From Eledone cirrhosa (lineage: Eukaryota), in NCBI GenBank assembly GCA_964016885.1, contig OZ024745.1, positions 36,642,001-36,706,000 of the forward strand: a stretch of 64,000 nt of DNA. Direction: 5' to 3'. Each line of letters opens with the position of its first letter. Position 1 is the stretch's first letter. The notes beneath the pieces are model-generated. The model was given only the letters and a program-made list of their open reading frames with translations, did not search any database and was not told the DNA's origin. The translations under genes and the position numbers were made by a program. Positions 25,801-39,172 of the stretch are shown piece by piece.

Positions 25801-28314
25801 GAGTTTGATATAATATGCATGTATAATATTAGTGTAACGCTCCGATATAATATTCATTTGTTCAACATTACATTTTAGTTTCTTTTCTTTTTTTCTGGTG
25901 GATGCATGCAATACGAGATAGGCCTTTTAGTTAGGAGTTTTCAGAAGATACCTTTTCAAACGCAAATATAATTTCAGTTTCGTATCGAGCTCACATTAAG
26001 CTCCAGCTACGAAATTCAACAGACATCCAGCCCTGAGAGATAGTGATATATATTAATGGCCATAGTTGATCTGATTTAAATAGACTTGGTTTTATTTTAA
26101 GTTCGTTCATTTTATGTTTACCCCTCGTTGCATATTTGTTAGTTATTTTCATACGTATTTTATGTTATTCAGACAATATATTTGATATGAAATTACTACA
26201 TGTAAGGCATAAATGATGATGCATTTTTACTTACTAGGAATCTTTCAATGATTCACTATGTTTTTGTTATATGTGGATCTTGGATTTGGTGATGCTATTG
26301 AATTTATTTCAGTTTTTTTTATGGAGAGATGCTCCCACATAGTTTCGTCAACCCAGTTTGACTTGAAGGCATATGTCGACCCGAAGCTATGGATAAAGAA
26401 ACTTGCTCGGGATGCTAGACAGTGGGATCAAACTTCGAATATAATGTTTGCAAAGTGAAATTATTAACCGTTCAGTCACTAACGTAGGAGATATAACTCT
26501 CATTCTCATGTTTATTGTTAAATCAGTTACTCACACACACACATATATATATATTTACAGAGAAAGAGAAGAAAAGGGGGATAAGAAGAAAGAAGTGTAC
26601 ATTGGTGATGTGACATATATAAGTAGTTCAGGAAAGTGATTCGGAAGAATAAATCTGCATGAATATTAATTAAGATTCTCTAATTGTTTAATGTAGGAAC
26701 CGTAACAATACAATACACACACACACACACACACACATACACACACACAAATACACTCGCACACGCACACACTCACACACACATACACTCGCATACGTAC
26801 ACACGGACACACACACACACATATATGTATATATATGTAGAGATAGAGAGAGATTCATTTTTTTTTACTGTAACAGCATTAGTTGACTGAATACGTATTA
26901 TTAGTATTAGTAAATTAGGTTTTATTTATTCCTATTAGTATTAATAAGGGTGGAAGATTGTCATAATCGCTAGAGTTTTGAGGTATTTGTCCAAAATGAA
27001 AGGAAGTCGACAAGATTGACTTTCACATCTGTCAAAAGTACTCACCTTGTTCTTCAATAACCGTAGAGGATTGGCAGAATATCTATAACATCGGGTAAAA
27101 TTGTTGAAGTGCTTGTGACAGTTTGCTACATTCGGATTCCGTCGATGTTAACTTAACCTTTCATTCTTCCGAAGTCGATAAAATAATTGTTTCTACTTTT
27201 AGCACAAGGCCAGGAATTACCCCAGCGTATTACTGGTACTTTATTTTATCGACCCCATATGGATGAAAGGCAAAGTTGTACCCGTGATGTGCTGAGATCG
27301 ATTTAATCGATTTTCCCTCTCCTGAAATTTGTTAGCCTTATGACTAGATTAGAAATTTTTTTTATCATTGCTTACCCTCTAAGTAATAAGAAGAATAGGT
27401 GGTAGTTGAACTCAGAAAACATCGGTACACAACTAATATTTTTACCCAGCTCACAACAATGTCTGCTTAACTAACTCTTACTAGATTTTCTTTTTAAATA
27501 AAGCCATTAATACTTAACTAAATGATGCATGCAAATAATATAATTTATCGACTTTTAATGTAAATGGAAGAGTTATAAATTTCATGAGACAAACGATTAA
27601 CTAAGTCACAAAGTGCTTCATTTTTTTCCGTTTATTAACCACGAACTTAATCATATAATATAAAATTCACCTTCTGTAACATCAAATAAACACAAACCAA
27701 AGAAATGCAAAGAAAAATGTCCACTGATGTCACACTACCAGGCTTCTCTTAATAAGCCAATCATAATTAAAACAATAACAGTCAATCAAAAATCATAATA
27801 ATAACCAATTATGATAGGCTATATATACTTATATCAAAGTAGAAGTTCGATATTGATCTCAGCGGTCAGATCACTAAATTTAAGATTCAAGTTTTTATGT
27901 AGCAGCACAATGAGGGCACATCGGTCTGAAGAACTACAAAACACTTGACAATATATACTGGAAGAAGTATGTGAGTACAGTAGAGTTTCAAGTTAATGAG
28001 TGGGGGCTTGATGATGATGGTGGTGAAGTGGTGTTGGGGTGGTGACGACGATGAGGGAGAGGTGGAGGAGGAGAACTTGGAGGAGTAGGAAGAGAAGGAA
28101 GTAAAGGAGGAGGAGGCGGAAGAGTAAGACGGGGAGATTCGATGACCTGCACGATATAGCAAACAGATTTCCTATAAATCAGATACTACCACAATCTTCA
28201 AAATGAAACAATATATTGTTTAATGTACTCCTAGATAGACATTACCTAAAGATTTCAAAGCATGGTCAAGACTGAAAGGTATTTGATCGTAGGTCTAGGC
28301 TGACCTGTACCTGA

Positions 28315-28745
28315 ATAATGGTTTCGGATTTAGGCACTATGCCAACAATTTTTTGGAGGAAAAGGAAAATCGATTAAATCGACACCAGTACGTGACTGGT
28401 ACTTTATTTTATCGACCCAGTAAGGAAGAAAGGCAAGCCAGCCTCGGCGGGATTTGAATTCAGAACGTAAAAGGCCGTAACTTTCTACCGCAAAGCATGG
28501 TGTCTGACGCCCTACCGATATGGCTAATCCACCGCCCTTTTATACCTAAATAATGTTTTCTTATATAGGGGGGGGGGTCGATTAAATCGACCCCAGTACG
28601 TTACTGGTGCTTTATTTTATCGACTCCGTAAGGATGAAAGGTAAAGTTAACCTCAGTGGGATTTGAACTCAGAATGTAAAGGACCGTAACTCTATGCTGC
28701 AAAGCATGGCGTCCGACCGTCTACCGATACTACTTATCCACTGTC
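28315..28745 (-). mobile_element. Tandem pair of SINEs, long-tail variant
   Basis: Two copies, each with TCGATTAAATCGAC, TTTATCGAC, ATTTGAA.TCAGAA and CTACCGATA. Confidence 0.88.
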
Positions 28746-29175
28746 CTATACCTAGATAACAATGAAAACATTTAAATACATAGTGAAATTATTAGGCATA
28801 ATTTGTCGTATCTGGGAATGTGCCATGAAAGCATAGTAGTAATGGAATTCATAAGAATATATTTCAACAACATTTAATAACGAATAGAAATGTATGTAGG
28901 TAATCAATAGTGGGGAGTTGAAAACATGTAATGGGGTTTCAGTTCTCGCTATAGTCATTGATAAAAACGAGAATATCTCGTGTCGAGATAAAACAAATAA
29001 AAAGAGGTATACATGTGTGTATGTGTGTGTGTGTGGGGGGGGGGGTGCGTGTGTGTGTTTGTATGTGTGTTTGTGTGTGTGTGCGTGTGTGTGTGTTGTA
29101 AACTCTACAAAACGTAATATATACTTTCTTACATTTATAAATTCATCTTGATTCATTCTTCTCTTCCCGCTTACA

Positions 29176-29207
<32 letters not shown>

Positions 29208-29215
29208 TCTCTCTC

Positions 29216-29255
<40 letters not shown>

Positions 29256-29736
29256 AACATGTGAGTGTGTATGTATGAAATGAACGCATGTACGTATGTA
29301 TGTATATAATATGTACGTACTTATGTATATATAAATGCCCGTACGTATGTATAGATATATATGTGTGGGCGTAAGGATGTATCTATCAGTCTATCTCTCA
29401 ATCTATTTTATTGCACTTCGGAGCGAGTATTTAACACAGAACATTAGTTTTTCCCGCCCTCGATTATCGATCGATTGACTCTCTTGATTAATTCTAGAAT
29501 TTTCAGGCAGACAATTTTCATAAGCATCAAAAGACCTTGTGATCTCTCATAATAATCATCGTCGTATTTCTTTTTCATCTTTGATCGGTATTTTTAGTGA
29601 GGCGCGATACTTAGAAGCTCTCTTTCATTTCATGGCCCGTGAAAGGCTCTATATATTCGCTATAAATTTTAATTGTTCGTTTTCATAGTCAAGTGTTTCA
29701 TTTCTTACCAACAAAAATCTTAATTGTTGTTATTAA

Positions 29737-30390
29737 GGGTGGTGGGGTGGTAGAATCGTTAAGGCGTCCAGCAAAAGACTTTGTGGCCTTTAGTTACGGC
29801 CCTTTACCATTGCTGGCCTTCTGCCTAAAGTAGAAACAATTATCATTATTATTAGATTATTAGGGGCGGTGGATTGGCAGTATCGGTAGAGGGTCGGACG
29901 CCATGCTTTCCAGCATAGTTACGTCCCTTTACGGTCTGAGTTCAAATCCCGTCGAGGTTAACTTTGCCTTTCATCCTTACGGGGTCGATAAAATAAAGTA
30001 CCAGTAATGTACTGGGATAATTGCTGGCCTTGTGCCAAAAGTAGAAACAATTATTATTAGATTTTATTTCATCCTTACGGGGTCAATAAAATAAAGTACC
30101 AGTATTGCACTGGGGTCGATTCAACCGACTTGCACCTCCCCCCAAATTGTTGGCCTAGTGCCTAAATCAGAAAACATTATTATTTGGGCGGTAGATTAGT
30201 GGTATCGGTAGAGCGTCGGACATGCTTCGCGGCATAGAGTTACGGCCCTTTACATTCTGAGTTCAAATCGCGTCTTTCATCCTTACGCGGTCGATAAAAT
30301 AAGGTACCAGTCACGCACTTGGGTCGATTTTATCGATTTTGTCACCCCAAAATTTGCTGGCCTTGTGCCTAAATCAGAAACCATTAGTAT
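29737..30390 (+). mobile_element. Cluster of four SINE copies or fragments; best copy 29862-30058
   Basis: A box TGGCAGTATCGG, B box GAGTTCAAATCC, core GCCTTTCATCCTTACGGGGTCGATAAAATAAAGTACCAG and (ATT)n tail. Confidence 0.92.
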
Positions 30391-31090
30391 TATTATTAAA
30401 ATAATCACCATCACAAAAATATAAAATACATAACCAAAACCCCATTATTTACAAATAGGTAAAACATCTAGAAATTAGCACTATTAAGGGACATATATTA
30501 CGGGACTGCAAAACATTTTGTCTGACACGACCCTAATTCTGCCAATCCACTGCACTTTCTATAGTGATACAACACCAGTAATATGCAGATAAGAGAAAGT
30601 CGATTATATCATGCAGAGTTTCTTTTAATCTTCTTTGTTGAGCCCAATCTGAAAACCTCTCTGTTGTTTTATAGGCAAACGCATGTCCCTTTTCTGGTGT
30701 TCAACCTTATCAACCCCAAAAAACAAATTTTACTTCGGTAAATTTTGATTACAGAGCGAAAAGAGACAATCAAATGCTGAAAATCTTGTTTTCCGACACT
30801 AACTTGATTCTGTTAATATATAATGTTTTTACGAACGTGCGTATGTTCTTAGCGATTTATTTACATACTTGTGTCACAATATGTTTTACTATTCTTCCAA
30901 AAGTTTGTAAACATGAACATGAATATAAAATATACCTATGACAAAAAAAAGGATAAAATATTTCAACAAACACTGACATTTGTGCTTTACAGAAAACAAG
31001 ACAATTTCACATATCACAAAAAAAATAAAATGAAGGTAGCAACAAAGATTCTGAATATGAGTCAACTCACAGAAAAAAAATATAATGTGA

Positions 31091-31212
31091 AACAGGTATG
31101 TCATGACATATTCTGCTACTATGGTAGGAAAGTCATATGCGTCCAACTATTAACAGGTATGTCATGACATATTTTGCTAATATGGTAGGAAAGACATATG
31201 CGTCCAACTATT
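31091..31212. repeat. 61-bp tandem duplication
   Basis: AACAGGTATGTCATGACATATT...TGCGTCCAACTATT twice, about 3 differences. Confidence 0.9.
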
Positions 31213-32832
31213 AAGAAGCGGCTGTGTTTTTAGTATGCCTTCAAATAAGCTTTGGTTGATACATGAAATAGTGTGGCTTCCATCGCATATAATCCATCGC
31301 TGGATTATATGCTCGGTTATCATGGCAAGAGTTGGTAGGTTGAGGTGATGTGCAATATGCCTGCTCACAAAATCATGCCGCAATACGTAAGTTAGCAGTA
31401 CACAAGGATCAAGTATATTAGCCGTAAGATTTTCCCTTGGCCCGTGTTTATCTTTGAGGGGCTGTGCAAGCAGGTTTTGGGTACTAAGGTGACCCCAAAA
31501 CAACACGGGCTTCAGGTGGTTGTCTACATACATATGCAAGCCCTGATAACCTCTGAAAACCACTGAGCAATCCCAGAATTATATCATATCATAGATGCAG
31601 AGAGAAGGCGATATTAGAGATGTGACAGCTAGAGACGCTTGAAGGGTCTCTAGTCTGAAGAGCTGATACGGCAGAGTGAACGAAAGAGCGGCGGACAGCA
31701 GCCGGGCCGGCACCATTATTTCAAATAAAGACAAACAGAAAAAAATAAAAATAGCAAATGCATTTACAAACACATATATTCAAAAACGTAAATCCGCATG
31801 GCATGACTCAAACTTTTAAAGCAGCAATGCAGCCGTGTGCGATATTAGTAAAAGTACTAACCCTCTCCTTCCCTAATATTACGAGTCAAAGAGAAGTTTA
31901 ATTCATAGGTTTAATCCAGTTCGAGAAAGAATCGTGTTAGAAGTATGAGACAAAAAGCGTTTCCTTGACTGAGTAATTGACCAAGAACGAACAATGGAAA
32001 ATATAGGATACCTCTAATTCAGGAAAGCCAGGAAAGACTTTAACTGCCTCTTAAATATGCAATGGAATATTAGAGATAGATCATATTTGAGGTGACACAG
32101 AATGACAGGTTGTCAGGTGAGATCTGCTTGAGCAAATTCACGTCATGGAAGCGCCCCCACACACACTTACTGAATAACATAGAAATGAGGGCATAGGAAA
32201 CGTGAAAAAACGGGTGTTATGAGACAGAATATCCTGCTCATGCATGTTTAGTAGTGGAGATCCGCTGGGTATATTTTTTTTTACCCGGATGATCAGCAGA
32301 GACAGAGAAAAAGATAAAGGAGGCGGCAACAAAGACAGTAACAACAACAGAAGGTTCGGGAAGAAGCTGTTTCCAAACCATCAATAGGAACATCATCGTT
32401 TATGGTTCGAAAGATAGTGATAGAAGCCAGCAATCACAAGCCGTTGTATCACCATATCGTTGAAGGCTTGTGGCTCGGTGTTAATGGTATTGGATGCATG
32501 GGCGTGGATTTAAAAATAATTTAGCAAACATAAAAATAAAATGGTAACAGATATAACAAACACTAACATTATACATGAAACAATGTCAATTCCATAAACG
32601 GCAACCATTAAATGTGATAATATTGTGAGCCAGAAAGAAATTAGAGCAGTTGTTTAAAAAATGTAATTTAGGAGAGGTGTATCAGAACGTATAATGCCGA
32701 AATAAATACGACACAATAGTTATACGAAGCTCCAACAACTCTAATCTGACTCAAACACTGATTGACATAATCATCAATTATTGTACCTCCTCCTACTCCT
32801 CCTGATTTTCTTCTACTTCTACTACATGTTAC

Positions 32833-32833
32833 A

Positions 32834-32912
<79 letters not shown>

Positions 32913-32932
32913 ACTACTATTACTACTACTAC
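32833..32932. repeat. (CTA)n microsatellite
   Basis: Direct observation. Confidence 0.9.
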
Positions 32933-34585
32933 TGTTGCTGTTGTCTTTACATCTGCTTTGTAACATCTACCAGATTACAAATGTGATTAGCAACAGCAAT
33001 AGTATACTTTACCATCATCAGCAACAGCAACAGCAACAACATTAGCAACAAGAACACAACCACAAAACTATCATTGTTACCGGAAAATAAATGAAGGAGA
33101 GTTTTGAAGACGAAGAAATCGAATAAATAATATTTACTAAAAAGAAAAATGAAAGTAGTAGAGATATTCTTTCGTAACTCATTGGAAGAGATAAGAATTG
33201 TTATAAAACAGTCTATATCTGATAAATACATGATGTTTACAAATATTCTGAGGACAGTTTCACTTTACTCATGTAATTGTCAAAATGTAATCAAAGATGT
33301 GAACGCATGGATACTACTTTAGCGCGCAGTCTAATTGATCCTTTATACTTTAGCGTACGATCTACTTGTTCTACCTGTAGTACGTGCTATTTAATGTCCA
33401 ACGTGTGGTTTACCTGCACTTTTCCAGTTCCGCATACAGTCTACCCCAACTATAAGAATTTTATACTGTTTGAAAAAAAAAACAATTTGTATAATGATTT
33501 ATTATTAATAGAGTGCACTTAATCATCAAAATCATAATACTCAAAAAAGCAAGCCCAGCTCCAATCTTAACCTTAAATTTATCCAAAACCCTATCTCTAT
33601 AGTAGGCAGATCAGGGGATTATGCATCGTAGACTACGGTTACTGGGGTAGATTGTACGCTAGCCTAGCAACAATAGACGCTTCCATTCTTGAGATTAAAG
33701 TGAAACTTTAAAAGCAATTCATTAAAACACTTCGCTAGAGTAGTAGTATCTATTTCTATGGAGAAACATTCTTGATTACTTAACAGATGGAAAAGGTTCA
33801 CTTTGTATGCATGGGATCCCGAATTCGATCATATTGTTTGGTTTCTCGGGGCTGGGTCTTTTAGCATAACCTCGTATCGACCAAACCCGTCTGTGTGAAT
33901 TTGGGTTGGCGGGAACTGATTGGAAGTTCATCACATGGATTGTACATGTAATTCTAAGAAACATTCCTCAGACGTTAATGGTGCCCGCGTTTGTAGAATA
34001 CTCAACGGATTACATGTTAATTCACGAGCTGGACGATCAGTTTATCGAATAACTGAATGCTGATCGTCGAAACCGACAGAGGATCCATTATTAATCAATT
34101 TAGAAGAGAGCTCGGTCTAAAGCAGCTGTAACTGTAACATTGCAAAGAGTACTACTATCCTATCTTCGTATGGAAAGATCAAAGGTACATTTTGAAATTA
34201 AAGAAACAATTCAAATACCAGTCTCTCAAACATGAACAGTACCATTTTGAAATTATTGTCAAAAGTCTTAGAGAAATGTAATGTGATTCTTCTAGCTCAA
34301 TGTTTGGATTCCAGCGAAGCAGACCTAATGAATAAGACAATTTCGTTACACAATCAATTTTGACGAATATCACTTAGGTAAAAGCTGTAGTTTACACAGA
34401 CGTACAGCAGTTTATATCGGTTGATTTCCTGTAGAATGGTTCTAGTTGAATTAGTTTTACAAAGATTCTTGGAAGAATAAGAATAAAACACTGATTTATT
34501 ACAGTTAATACTCACGTAGTTGGTAACGGAGTAGACGTCGAATGTCATCCCTCTCAATCTCTCTCAAATCTCATGTATGTATGTA

Positions 34586-34647
<62 letters not shown>

Positions 34648-36900
34648 AATACATACATACATACATACATATATACATACATACATTCATACATACATAC
34701 ATACATACATACATACATGCAAACATACGTATGAACGTATTAAAGAATCTTACTAGAAACTATATTGAACTTTATATGTGTCTACGTGCTTATTTCCTAA
34801 TGTACAATAAAATTAACAACAAACGGATTTATCGCGTGCTAGATAACAGTATTACACACGAAATTGGGGCTCGAAACACATAGTTATCTTTTGCAATGTA
34901 ACATCCTTACCTATAACATGACGTGATGGTCACGATTGGAATGTTTTTTGTCATTGTTTGCTCGAACAAGTTTGCCGAGGAACTAAATAACAACTTCACA
35001 GCAATATCCTTACCATCATAATCTTACTAAATTGGTTAAAATACAAGTGTTCTGCCATGGCCGGCTTTGTCTTTCATTTTTTTTTTTTTTTTTTTTTTTA
35101 GGTTTGATAAAATACGTTTCAGTTTTTTATTGGGTATATTTAATAAAACACATCCAACAAAGTGCATCTGTTACTTTGTGACAATATTAGAAATCCTTGC
35201 AGGATTGACACTTTTAATAGCAAAACCTCTAAAACAACCTTTGATTTTACGCTACAAAGTCGTGTTTAAAATTATTCGTATTTAAATTAAAACCTTCCAT
35301 CATAATTTTAAGTATAAAAATTTAAGTCGTGTTTTAAACTCCAGCTTAAAAGGAAAATGTTAGTTATTTTGCCAATCCCTACAAATTCTTGATTATATTT
35401 AAAATTTATAGAAAATCACTGATAGCGTCTTTCATAAGAAATATGGTAATGAAAGAGTTATGGTAAATTCAAAAATAATATGATTCATACTCATACAAAA
35501 TTATATATTGTGACAGAAAAACACTCTTCTACTATTGATTTTTATGTCAGTGAACCACAAATGTATAGTGGGAGTAGATTATGATTGGGTTACTTCGTGT
35601 CTTTCACTATGTCATTGACGGATTCTATGAAAACTAGTTCGTAGAGTCCATTCAACTGGAACTAGGTTTTTTTTCTGCCACCATTTTACAATAATGTACA
35701 TCAATAATATTTGCCGGGAGACTGCGTTGCCAATTACATTACATAGGACAAGGTATATCTACTAGATCAGAGCTGACCTGGTGCTTGCAAAACAAAAGTG
35801 TAGTGTCGAAATGTTAAACATTATACACAGTTTCAAATGAATAAAAATATTTAATCACGATGCAAGACCGAACAAAATAGTCTAATATGTCTTTGCAAGA
35901 GTATTCAGAGCTGAAAAGAGAGCGTTTGTTGCTGAGTAATTTCAACTCTGTTAAAATCAATAACTTTAACACTGTGTTAAATTCAAGTGAACCACTAAAT
36001 ACGGCGATCAGGGAAAAGAATCATGTACGCAGGATATAATCTACTTGATTAACTATACTAAACTCAGGTCTACAATGCCATGATTTATTTACCAACTGAA
36101 TTGTAACACCTAAATTTTTCTCCTAACATAATTTTAAAGATATATTTTGTATGGTTAAAATATAGAAAAACAAATCATTGTATCGTTCAATCAACTTAAA
36201 ATAGTCCTATAGTCTTTGATGAAATAACTTCTACCCTTCTTATACTACGTCATACCCATAACTACACTGATAAAATATCCTTTGTTCTACGTATTTGAAA
36301 TCACTTTCTAAGTCATAAATCAAATCAATGTCACTGAACATAGAACTACTAGAATCGCTTAAAGAAATGTCCGCTGTAAATTTACGATGCTTTAAATATT
36401 TTAGTCAGATTCTCTTAAATAACTTCTCACAAACAATCGCTTTCCTTTCAACTAATCTTCCAGAATCAATGATAGAAGAGTAGCATACTGTTCCACTAAA
36501 CGTTAGTTGTTACCATCACTTCAAATATAGCAGATAAAAGAGAATGAAATAGAAAGAATAGAAGGCCTTTTATAAAATAGTTGGAACTAGTTATTATAGT
36601 AGTTTAAATGCTTTAGATTCCAAACTGTAACCTTGATCTTATTCAATTCTCTCTTCCACTTTACAGCTAGACCATTTGGTACCGTATCCTGGGAATTTTA
36701 AAGGTATCATTATTGCAATTTGTAATTTGGCGGGCTTTCATGTGTAAAGCGATAAGAATTGATTATCAAAAGTAAAATCCAATTTAACAATTTTATTACT
36801 GTGGAGAAGTCTTTAATTATCAGTTATTCATTTCTTCATGAGATGTTGACTAAATGTCGTGATGTAAATATGGAGAGACGTTACAGGTAAATTGTTGTAA

Positions 36901-37161
36901 ACTGCTATTCTGTTCCTTAAACCTCAGCCGGTCGCCCTGGCTGAGGTTGAAGGAACAGAATAGCAGTCGCCCTCGGGTCCTCGATTTTCAACCCCATGGA
37001 TTTTATCTATTACATTCACGTATTATATTTCGAATACCTGATGATATCACCGGATTCATACGGAACCCGGTCATTGAAATGATCATAGTATAATAAACCT
37101 TTGAAGGATTTACACAAATCCAGCCTCCTGTCATTTCATTATAATTATAAATATATATATA
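36901..37161 (+). mobile_element. Non-coding mini-PLE or solo pLTR: hairpin, hammerhead, AATAAA, (TA)n
   Basis: 29-bp inverted repeat spanning 36901-36967 (1 mismatch), hammerhead 37034-37091, AATAAA 37092-37097. Confidence 0.7.
37034..37091 (+). ncRNA. Minimal type I hammerhead ribozyme
   Basis: ATAC-CTGATGA-TATCACCGG...CCGGTCATT-GAAA-TGATCA-TA-GTAT. Stem I ATAC/GTAT, palindromic stem III. Confidence 0.8.
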
Positions 37162-37432
37162 TAGCGGCGATGAATTAGTTTAGCGAGGTTTTTTATATGA
37201 AATCGTGTGTCGAAACAGATATTGTTATACTTGGGGAGGGTCATATTTGCGTAATATTGCCAGAATTAATAACAGAACACACTCACTGTTTGGTTGGTTT
37301 TCGCTTCTCGCTGTCTTTTATATCTGCGATCTAACTTACTCGGTGCTCAATGTTGCCATTGACTGACCGGCGGTCAAAAATAATACAGATACAATATAGA
37401 CACAAACACATATATATAGTTTACATAATTTA

Positions 37433-37470
37433 CATAAATCTTTCGTTGCACATCTGCAACATCGTCAGTG
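37433..37470 (-). ncRNA. Hammerhead-like motif in the pLTR
   Basis: Minus strand CA-CTGACGA-T-GTTGCA-GATG-TGCAAC-GAAA-GATT-TA-TG. Stem II is a perfect 6 bp; stem I is only 2 bp. Confidence 0.65.
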
Positions 37471-37754
37471 GTGTTATATTCATTGTTCCTCCTGTCGTTG
37501 TATGTCTACGCCATTTTTTTTATTCAGTCTGTCTATATATTTATTTATTTATTTGCTTGTTTGTTTATCTTATTTTATTTTGTCTTCTTTGCGCATGCGT
37601 TTGCGTGTGTTTATAGTGTTATGTGTGCTGTGTGACTAGTGTGTATAGTGTTGTGTCTGCTGGGTGACTAGTGTGTGTTTATGTGCTTGTTGTTATTGTG
37701 CTTGTGTATGTATTTATTTATCTTATTTTATTTTATTTTATTTTATTTACTTAT

Positions 37755-38534
37755 TTATACTTCTCTTAGGTCAGTGTTGTTTGTTTGGGTGTTGTTGTTG
37801 TTCCACTCATTCTTTCTGTTTAGCTTTGGTCTTCTAATTTCTATTTCACTGGCCTCTCTGATTTGCCTATCTGCTGGGTCATTCCTATGTTTAGATATTA
37901 TTCTAATTTCTATGTTGTCTATGTTACCGTTATGTTGTTGTCTAGCATGTTCGTATAGTACTGACCCGTTTTTTCGTCCTTTTAGTTCCCCCCAGTGTTG
38001 GTCTATCCTTTCACCTATGCTACGAGCTGTCTCACCTATGTATGTTGTTGTCATGTTTCTGCAAGTACCCTCTGTACATCTTATGCTATAGAATACGTTT
38101 CTAGTTTTACAGTTTATCCGGGGGTTCACCTTATATATGATACATTTCCTATTGGTACAGTGGGTTTTCTTAAAAGGGTAGGTTTTGCTGATCAGGGATT
38201 TTATGGTGGTTCCTGGCTTTTCTACCACCTTTATTTTTAAGTGGGTCTTTCTCAGGGCCTTTCTAGACTGGTTAGCTAATTTCCCTCCAGGGGTGGCGTC
38301 CACAAACATGACACTCTGATATCTCTGGTTGTCGTACCCTATCTTATGTCTAGCCCTATCTAAGCTATTCCATGATTTGCTCCTGTATAGTGGGCAAATT
38401 CCTTTCATGTCCAGTTCTATGATGTTGCAGATGTGCAACGAAAGATTTATGTAAATTATGTAAACTATATATATGTGTTTGTGTCTATATTGTATCTGTA
38501 TTATTTTTGACCGCCGGTCAGTCAATGGCAACAT
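37755..38534 (-). CDS. PLE linker plus GIY-YIG endonuclease; first ~38 aa come from the inverted repeat
   Basis: PLYRSKSW, SVMFVDATPGG, IKVVEKPG, CKTRNVFYSIRC..C..YIGETARSIGERIDQH, LYEH..QH, RQIREASEI..LNRKNEW. Confidence 0.88.
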   Translation of the reverse strand: MLPLTDRRSKIIQIQYRHKHIYIVYIIYINLSLHICNIIELDMKGICPLYRSKSWNSLDRARHKIGYDNQRYQSVMFVDATPGGKLANQSRKALRKTHLKIKVVEKPGTTIKSLISKTYPFKKTHCTNRKCIIYKVNPRINCKTRNVFYSIRCTEGTCRNMTTTYIGETARSIGERIDQHWGELKGRKNGSVLYEHARQQHNGNIDNIEIRIISKHRNDPADRQIREASEIEIRRPKLNRKNEWNNNNTQTNNTDLREV

Positions 38535-38657
38535 TGAGGACCGAGTAAGTTAGATCGCAGATATAAAAGACAGCGAGAAGCGAAAACCAACCAAACAGTG
38601 AGTGCATTCTGTTATTAATTCTGGCAATATTACGCAAATATGACCCTCCCCAAGTAT

Positions 38658-38696
<39 letters not shown>

Positions 38697-38839
38697 ATAT
38701 TCTATCATACTATTTCATTATAATACCATTATAAATTTTAAAGGATTGTAAATAAAACGAGTAAATCAGACAAAGTTGGAATTCCTCTTATTAATATAAT
38801 CTTCTATTCACAATCATACACACCCGTGTTATTTATCTA

Positions 38840-38924
<85 letters not shown>

Positions 38925-38989
38925 GTATACACGTATACACTTAAGACAATTTCTAGAGAGATTCAACGTCACACAATACGTGACAAGGT

Positions 38990-39172
38990 TGGGTCTTTAA
39001 ACTACAGATATAGCTCGCCCAGTGGGCTTCTATAGTTTCCGTCAACTTAGTTTCACATACAATGCTGGCTTAACCTGGGCCGATGGTAGAATATACATGT
39101 CTAAGATATCATACATTAAGATGAAACCTGGAACTCTATGATTGAGAAATTAACGTCTTAAACATTCGGTCC
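38990..39172 (-). mobile_element. Diverged SINE-like repeat of a second family
   Basis: GGCTTCTATAGTTTCCGTC...GGTAGAATATAC...AACCTGGAAC layout; weakly similar pieces at 26340-26480 and 33775-33925. Confidence 0.35.

Larger units (their letters stand above)
37162..38665 (-). mobile_element. 5'-truncated PLE (possibly Naiad-like) with 245-bp inverted repeats
   Basis: 37219-37463 is the reverse complement of 38421-38665 (about 3 mismatches). Internal GIY-YIG ORF; (TA)n at both ends. The clade call is from motif recall only. Confidence 0.85.

Noticed and set aside
29862-29955. tRNA gene
   Set aside because: The A and B boxes belong to SINE heads; spacing is extended and there is no cloverleaf.
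31230-31560. Possible Tc1/mariner relic (WLPS...NPSLDY); similar hints at 9400-9620 and 49998-50360
   Set aside because: Only fragmentary motifs across frameshifts, with no TIRs identified.
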